Assembly: GCA_039801565.1 (NCBI GenBank)
Contig: JBDRUX010000081.1
Location: 1 to 10,626 of the forward strand
Direction of reading: 5' to 3'
Source: a candidate division WOR-3 bacterium
GTDB taxonomy: Bacteria > Hydrothermota > Tepidihabitantia > Tepidihabitantales > JAOUPE01
DNA length: 10,626 nt
Below the pieces are notes generated by a model. That model made no database searches, was not told the origin of the DNA, and saw only the letters and a list, made by a program, of their open reading frames with translations. Shown piece after piece: positions 6,369 through 10,626 of this stretch (position 1 is its first letter; each line of letters begins with the position of its first letter). Both the position numbers and the translations under genes were made by a program.

Positions 6369-8821
6369 TTATCTCATAAAAACCAGTTTCTCGGTCCTTG
6401 TTTCTTTTTCTGATTTCAATACGAACCAGTAAACACCGTTTCTCAATCGCTGCTGGTCGAGAGTAAGAACGTCGTTGTAATAATCAGCTTTCATTTCTTC
6501 GTCTTTTAGAATCATTGTTACTCTACCTGATAGGTCATAGAGCATAAGCTTTAATCTTTCGTCTTTAGGAAGCCTGTAAAATAGTTTCAGTTTTCCGCAT
6601 GATGAAGTTGGTGAAGAAACAGTCAGGAAAAGTTCCGTTGGTAATTCAGACACTTGCTCTTGACCGCCACTGGTTTCGCTTCCAACATGACATATCGTTC
6701 GACTTGGTAAATATTGTGTATACACACTTGGAGTTTCTTGACGCGGACGGAAACAGGTCACCTTGAGAACGCCTTCGGTAGGAACATCGATTTCAAAGGT
6801 TACTGAACCGTTAGCGTCAGTCCAGCCAATTTCGTATATTTCGTAGGGTAGTATATCTGATTGCTTATGCAGACATACCCTGACTCCGGGCAAAGGGGTA
6901 GGAGCAGGTGCGTTTCTATCCCATACCCTCACCGTAAACCGCACAATTTGCCCGACCGGAATGTAGGTTGGATGTTCAACAATCATTTCGCCAGGATAGT
7001 TAATCCAGGGTTCATTTTCCGGTGAACCAAAGAGATTATGAGAGTGGGTGACTAACCAACCCCAACCTACATTATGGGGGAAATAGGCTTTAGACCAACC
7101 CTCCGCTGTTCCTAAAGAATGCATACCTATATGAACATCATCATCGGTCCGAAAAAGTGAACCTAAGAACTTATCGTGAAGTTGTCGAGAACTAAATTTA
7201 GCACCTAATCTTGTGTTTCCAAGAAATGCTACCGCTCCTATGCTGTCGTAGCTATCTGTAAAGGCATCGGCTATTGTAGTATCAGTTGGAAAAGTCCATT
7301 GGTTGGGAGGTGTAAATGTATCGTATGCAGCGTTATAACAACTGATGGAATAAACTACATAATAACGACCTTTGTTGGTCAGATGATTTAGACCGTCGTC
7401 TTCAGCATACGCCCATACATAATTAGCCCATGTTTGAAATTTATTTGGCCATCCGTGTTGATAAATTCCGTAAATACCATGTCCTAAGTTAAGGTTGTCT
7501 ATTACAACATTGGCATTCTGGCGTTTACAGTTGTTCTGAGTGTAATAACTGGGGAATTTTGCCCTCGTTTCAGGCCATGGGTATAACCAGAACTCAGGTT
7601 CTGTTCCATTGATGCTATCGTAATTCCAAGTAGTATATCTGAAAAGATCCAAATTGGTACTGCCATCTTGCTCGTAATAAATGATTTTATCGACCCAGTT
7701 GCGTGTTTCTTTGGGACTACTAGTTAGAATCCTACCGACAAAGACCTCGGGGTATACATCAACAGAATCCTCAGTAGGCTCTCCCCACCTGTTGTCTTTA
7801 TCCACATCCCACTTTCCGTTCATATCTGAGAAATACAAATCCGACGGCGGAATATGACTTACCAAATCTAGGTTTAGGTTATTCCGTGCCCAACCCTTTC
7901 GGAATGGGACTATATAATTCGTCGAACCTTGATAATAACCATCACCACCAAGCAGAACCCAGACCGTTCCATAATTAGTGTAAGCATCAATTATGAAGTT
8001 TCGCAACCGCTCAGCATCGTCTTCTCCGGGATAGTTAAGAGCAACACTTAATGGGAAAACCACAGCCGGAAACTCCTTTATCGGTAAGCCAATCCGCAAA
8101 CGGTTGGAACGCTTCCATCATTCCCGGAATAGCATCATTCGTAATGATTGTATAAGTTGCTGGAGTTAATGGTTGGGGTGGTGGGGCATCCGGAACAAGC
8201 ACTGGCGGTTGATAATAAAGCGGTATCTCCTCATCATTTTCAACCCCTGCTTTCAATACCGCTTCATAAGTCTTCTGCGCATTCACTCCTCTTATCTTTG
8301 CCCGATTCGGAATGTCGGTAGGACTTAATGCAAAAGTGAAAGCGATGTCTCTTACCAGAAAAATCCGGCGACTGCGCGGACGGTATTGTAACGGATGGAC
8401 TGCAATTGTGACTAAACGAGCGCCATCAAAGATACCACTGTTTACGATTTCGATAAATTTATTCGGATATAGTGAGTCAGAATTATAAATAATTGAATCT
8501 GGTGGTACCCAAGGCGGAATACTACAAAGCGGCACATCAGGCTGAGCCGGGTAGAGATAATAAGAACCCGGGATTTGTGATACTCGCTTGATTGTGATTT
8601 GGATTGAATCCGCTTTCATATTGGGCGGTATTATATAATGAAGATATTTTACCGGCAATTCAGGATGACCGGGTATTCCTTGAAGGAAGAAATCAGGAGC
8701 TCGGACTCGATTGAAACCTCGCTCATTATAAAAAGAAAATTGATTTTCGTAATTCTGTAATTGGTAGGCAAAACCTTGGAAGGCTATTAGACAAATAATA
8801 GTGAGTGAGTAGCTTTTTCAT
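6369..8821 (-). pseudogene. Gingipain-like C25 cysteine peptidase (signal peptide, propeptide, catalytic domain, Ig-like domain, T9SS-type CTD) with two +1 frameshifts
   Basis: GAAAGGTGG RBS then ATG at 8821. Removing 4 nt at ~8800-8810 gives MKKLLTIICLIAFQGFA/YQ...GIPGHPELPVKY (propeptide, listed ORF 8035..8658). Removing one T at 8070-8072 joins FADWLTDKGV to PAVV..YPGEDDAERLRNFI (listed ORF 6369..8099). C25 motifs WVLLGGD, SDLYFSD, PEVFVGR, QHG (catalytic His), SISC (catalytic Cys), FLGNTR. Reconstructed length ~815 aa. Confidence 0.88.
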
Positions 8822-8877
8822 TGAGCCACCTTTCTTTTATCTTTAGCTATTAGCCTCCGCTGGCCTTTTTTGCTGCA

Positions 8878-8931
8878 ATAAAAATAAATATTTGGAAGAG
8901 TCTGGTTTACAGCATCCCAAACCTTCCCAAA
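8878..8931 (-). terminator. Intrinsic-terminator-like hairpin inside the 5' leader of the protease operon
   Basis: RNA UUUGGGAAGGUUUGG-(11-nt loop)-CCAGACUCUUCCAAA: 15 positions with 3 G-U pairs and 1 mismatch, followed by UAUUUAUUUUUAU. Lies ~55 nt before the start codon. Confidence 0.6.
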
Positions 8932-9059
8932 CAAAACCGGTTCCGGAGTGAACAGTAAGTAACCGTTTTGAATTGAGGAACCGGCTAAATTTTCTTGAAC
9001 ATTGAACGACATTTTCAAGAAGAGTTCGTTTTATTGGCAGCATATGACTACTCAATTGT

Positions 9060-9087
9060 ATTATAGATTCATTTCGATTTTTGTCAA
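9060..9087 (-). promoter_or_regulatory. Consensus sigma70-type promoter for the secreted-protein operon
   Basis: Minus strand TTGACA (9087-9082), 16-nt spacer, TATAAT (9065-9060). Predicted +1 near 9053. Confidence 0.8.
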
Positions 9088-9152
9088 GCACAAAAATGCA
9101 AGCGTCAATTTAACTTAAACAATCTCTGCCCTAACACCAGTTAGAGTTAATT

Positions 9153-9487
9153 TCATCTTACGACCAGAAACTTTTTGGTCTCGGTTCCGTATTGCATGAA
9201 GTAAATTCCGGGAGTGATTCCTTTGAGCGATATCTTTATTTCGTTGTTATTGCGATTTGATTCACTAAAGGCAATTTCTTTTACCAATTTCCCTGAGACA
9301 TCAAAGATTTTTAGCGCATAGCCTTGAGCATTGAGCTTAGAGCGGACAGCGGTAAGCGAATAGCGAGATACATTTTTGCTGGATTGGGATAGATATTGAG
9401 ACCAAAAGCATTGACATTAAATATCGGTTGCTCGGCTATCCCTGGCTCTGGGGCAAATTTAGCCCAGACCCGATAGGCATTGTAGGT
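9153..9487 (-). pseudogene. Orphan T9SS-type CTD relic (5'-truncated, frameshifted)
   Basis: TYNAYRVWAKFAPEPGIAEQPIFNVNAFGLNIYPNPAKMYLAIRLP / GYALKIFDVSGKLVKEIAF..IKISLKGITPGIYFMQYGTETKKFLVVR*(TGA 9153-9155). No start codon or passenger domain upstream. Not in the ORF track. Confidence 0.85.
9309..9364 (-). repeat. 8 x 7-nt degenerate tandem repeat GCTnnnn
   Basis: gctattc gcttacc gctgtcc gctctaa gctcaat gctcaag gctatgc gctaaaa (minus strand). Confidence 0.75.
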
Positions 9488-9544
9488 TTACGTTCAGATA
9501 ATCCTCATTAAAAAATGCCTTTTTAGAATGCAGCGATAAACCGG

Positions 9545-9573
9545 TTGACATTATTAGTAATCTCTTTTAACCT
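9545..9573 (+). promoter_or_regulatory. Putative sigma70-type promoter of the archease gene
   Basis: TTGACA (9545-9550), 17-nt spacer, TAACCT (9568-9573); ATG at 9584. Confidence 0.55.
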
Positions 9574-9583
9574 TTACTTAACA

Positions 9584-9997
9584 ATGAGATATCGTTATCT
9601 TAACCATACCTCGGATTTAGGAATGGAGATTTTTGGTAAGGATTTGCCAGAACTCTTTGCTAATGCCTGCTTTGCGGTTTTCGACAATATTTTGGATTTA
9701 TCTTCGGTGGAGGAAAAAGAAACAAAGACTCTAACCGTTAATAGTCAAAATCTTTCGGATTTATTTATGGATTGGCTTAGAGAATTAATTTTCATTTTCA
9801 GTGCCGAATATTTTGTGGTCAAGCGAGTAAAAAGTATTGAATTAAAAGACTACACCATAAATGCTTGCCTTTCTGGCGAAAGGTTTGATAAGTCGCGCCA
9901 TCGGATAAAGATCGAAATTAAGACTCCAACTTATCATATGTATAAGATTGAACCGACCGAAACCGGTTATAAGGCAACTGTAGTTTTTGATGTTTAA
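9584..9997 (+). CDS. Archease (RtcB cofactor, SHS2 fold)
   Basis: MRYRYLNHTSDLG..FG..L.ELF.NA, DWLRELIF, GE.FD..RH....EIKTPTYH, VVFDV C-terminus. The true start is probably ATG 9584; the listed TTG at 9545 is the -35 box. Confidence 0.92.
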   Translation: MRYRYLNHTSDLGMEIFGKDLPELFANACFAVFDNILDLSSVEEKETKTLTVNSQNLSDLFMDWLRELIFIFSAEYFVVKRVKSIELKDYTINACLSGERFDKSRHRIKIEIKTPTYHMYKIEPTETGYKATVVFDV

Positions 9998-10018
9998 TTA
10001 GCTGGTAAGATTAATTTT

Positions 10019-10504
10019 TTAGTTTGAATTTGGTTTGTTAGGCGTTTCAGACCTCGGCTTTGGACCAAAAATTTCGGCGCCTAAAATCATCAGAATACCG
10101 ACAACAATATAGGCGTCAGCCAAGTTAAAAGTATACCAACGGAGATTTTTTATCCCAATGTCAATAAAATCAACAACACCGCCAGTTCGAATTCGGTCCC
10201 AGAGATTACCAATCGCTCCGCCTAAAATTAAGGCATAGGCAGTAAGATAAAAGAAGTTCTTGGTCCGAAGGGCAAAAATTATAACGATAACGATGCCAAT
10301 TAATGGCATAAGATAATATGAGATATCCGAAAAAATCCGAATGCCAAAAATTCCACCTGGATTTTTAAGCAATGTGATTCTAAAAAAGTCACCAATAATT
10401 GGTTGAGTATGATAGAGCGGAATAGTCTTTTGCACTAAGAACTTTGTCAACTGGTCAAAAAAGAAGGCCAAGGCACTAATTAACAAAAATAGTCGAATTC
10501 GCAT
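10019..10504 (-). CDS. lspA: Lipoprotein signal peptidase II
   Basis: DQLTK, NPGGIFG, GGAIGNLWDR, VVDFID, FNLAD motifs; four hydrophobic segments. Confidence 0.96.
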   Translation of the reverse strand: MRIRLFLLISALAFFFDQLTKFLVQKTIPLYHTQPIIGDFFRITLLKNPGGIFGIRIFSDISYYLMPLIGIVIVIIFALRTKNFFYLTAYALILGGAIGNLWDRIRTGGVVDFIDIGIKNLRWYTFNLADAYIVVGILMILGAEIFGPKPRSETPNKPNSN

Positions 10505-10512
10505 TTGCGATA

Positions 10513-10540
10513 AGGATACTTAACACCGTCAAATTGTCAA
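10513..10540 (-). promoter_or_regulatory. Putative sigma70-type promoter of lspA
   Basis: Minus strand TTGACA (10540-10535), 16-nt spacer, TATCCT (10518-10513), 8 nt before the ATG at 10504. Confidence 0.55.
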
Positions 10541-10626
10541 TGGTTAAATTTTCGCTCAATTAGTTGTTGGTGGATTTAGTTCCTATAAGTTAAATTCGTC
10601 TTAGGTTTTTGAAGAAAGGCTGGTTT

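Noticed and set aside
8971..9057. Long-range helix between 9046-9057 and 8971-8982
   Set aside because: The predicted TSS (~9053) falls inside the 5' strand, leaving only a weak helix.
8818..9091. ORFs 8818..9018 and 8843..9091 as proteins, or TGA readthrough into the protease
   Set aside because: They overlap the promoter and hairpins and lack a clear RBS or protein-like features; the ATG at 8821 has a good RBS and signal peptide. A leader-peptide role for the ATG at 9043 cannot be fully excluded.
3472..9320. CTD1 pair as DGR template/variable repeats
   Set aside because: Differences are largely synonymous, include indels and are not adenine-specific; no reverse transcriptase in the window.
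10560..10626. 3' end of an upstream minus-strand gene
   Set aside because: All three minus frames stop within ~50 nt and the peptides are too short to assign.

Overview
AT-rich bacterial window from a diderm organism (bamD, lspA). The secretion-tag style suggests an FCB-related lineage such as WOR-3, but this is inference only. Left: housekeeping run on + (DivIVA-like 3' end, purine-nucleoside phosphorylase, bamD, nadD). Right: archease (+) convergent with lspA (-), each apparently with its own sigma70-type promoter and almost no leader. Between them (~2480-9540) is a minus-strand accessory region. In minus-strand order it contains: an orphan T9SS-type C-terminal-domain (CTD) relic, frameshifted within an 8x7-nt GCTnnnn tract; a perfect TTGACA-N16-TATAAT promoter; a ~230-nt leader with three hairpins ending in a terminator-like structure; a gingipain-like C25 protease gene with two +1 frameshifts; two paralogous 7-repeat beta-propeller-like secreted proteins, one with TAG exactly at the +1 Gln after the signal peptide; a degenerate 12-nt-period tract; and a decayed DDE transposase. 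The CTDs are mosaic: propeller B shares its CTD and 3' flank with the protease, while propeller A shares its CTD with the relic. The best candidates for novelty are the attenuator-like leader and the CTD-cassette shuffling/switching of this secreted protease-propeller operon.
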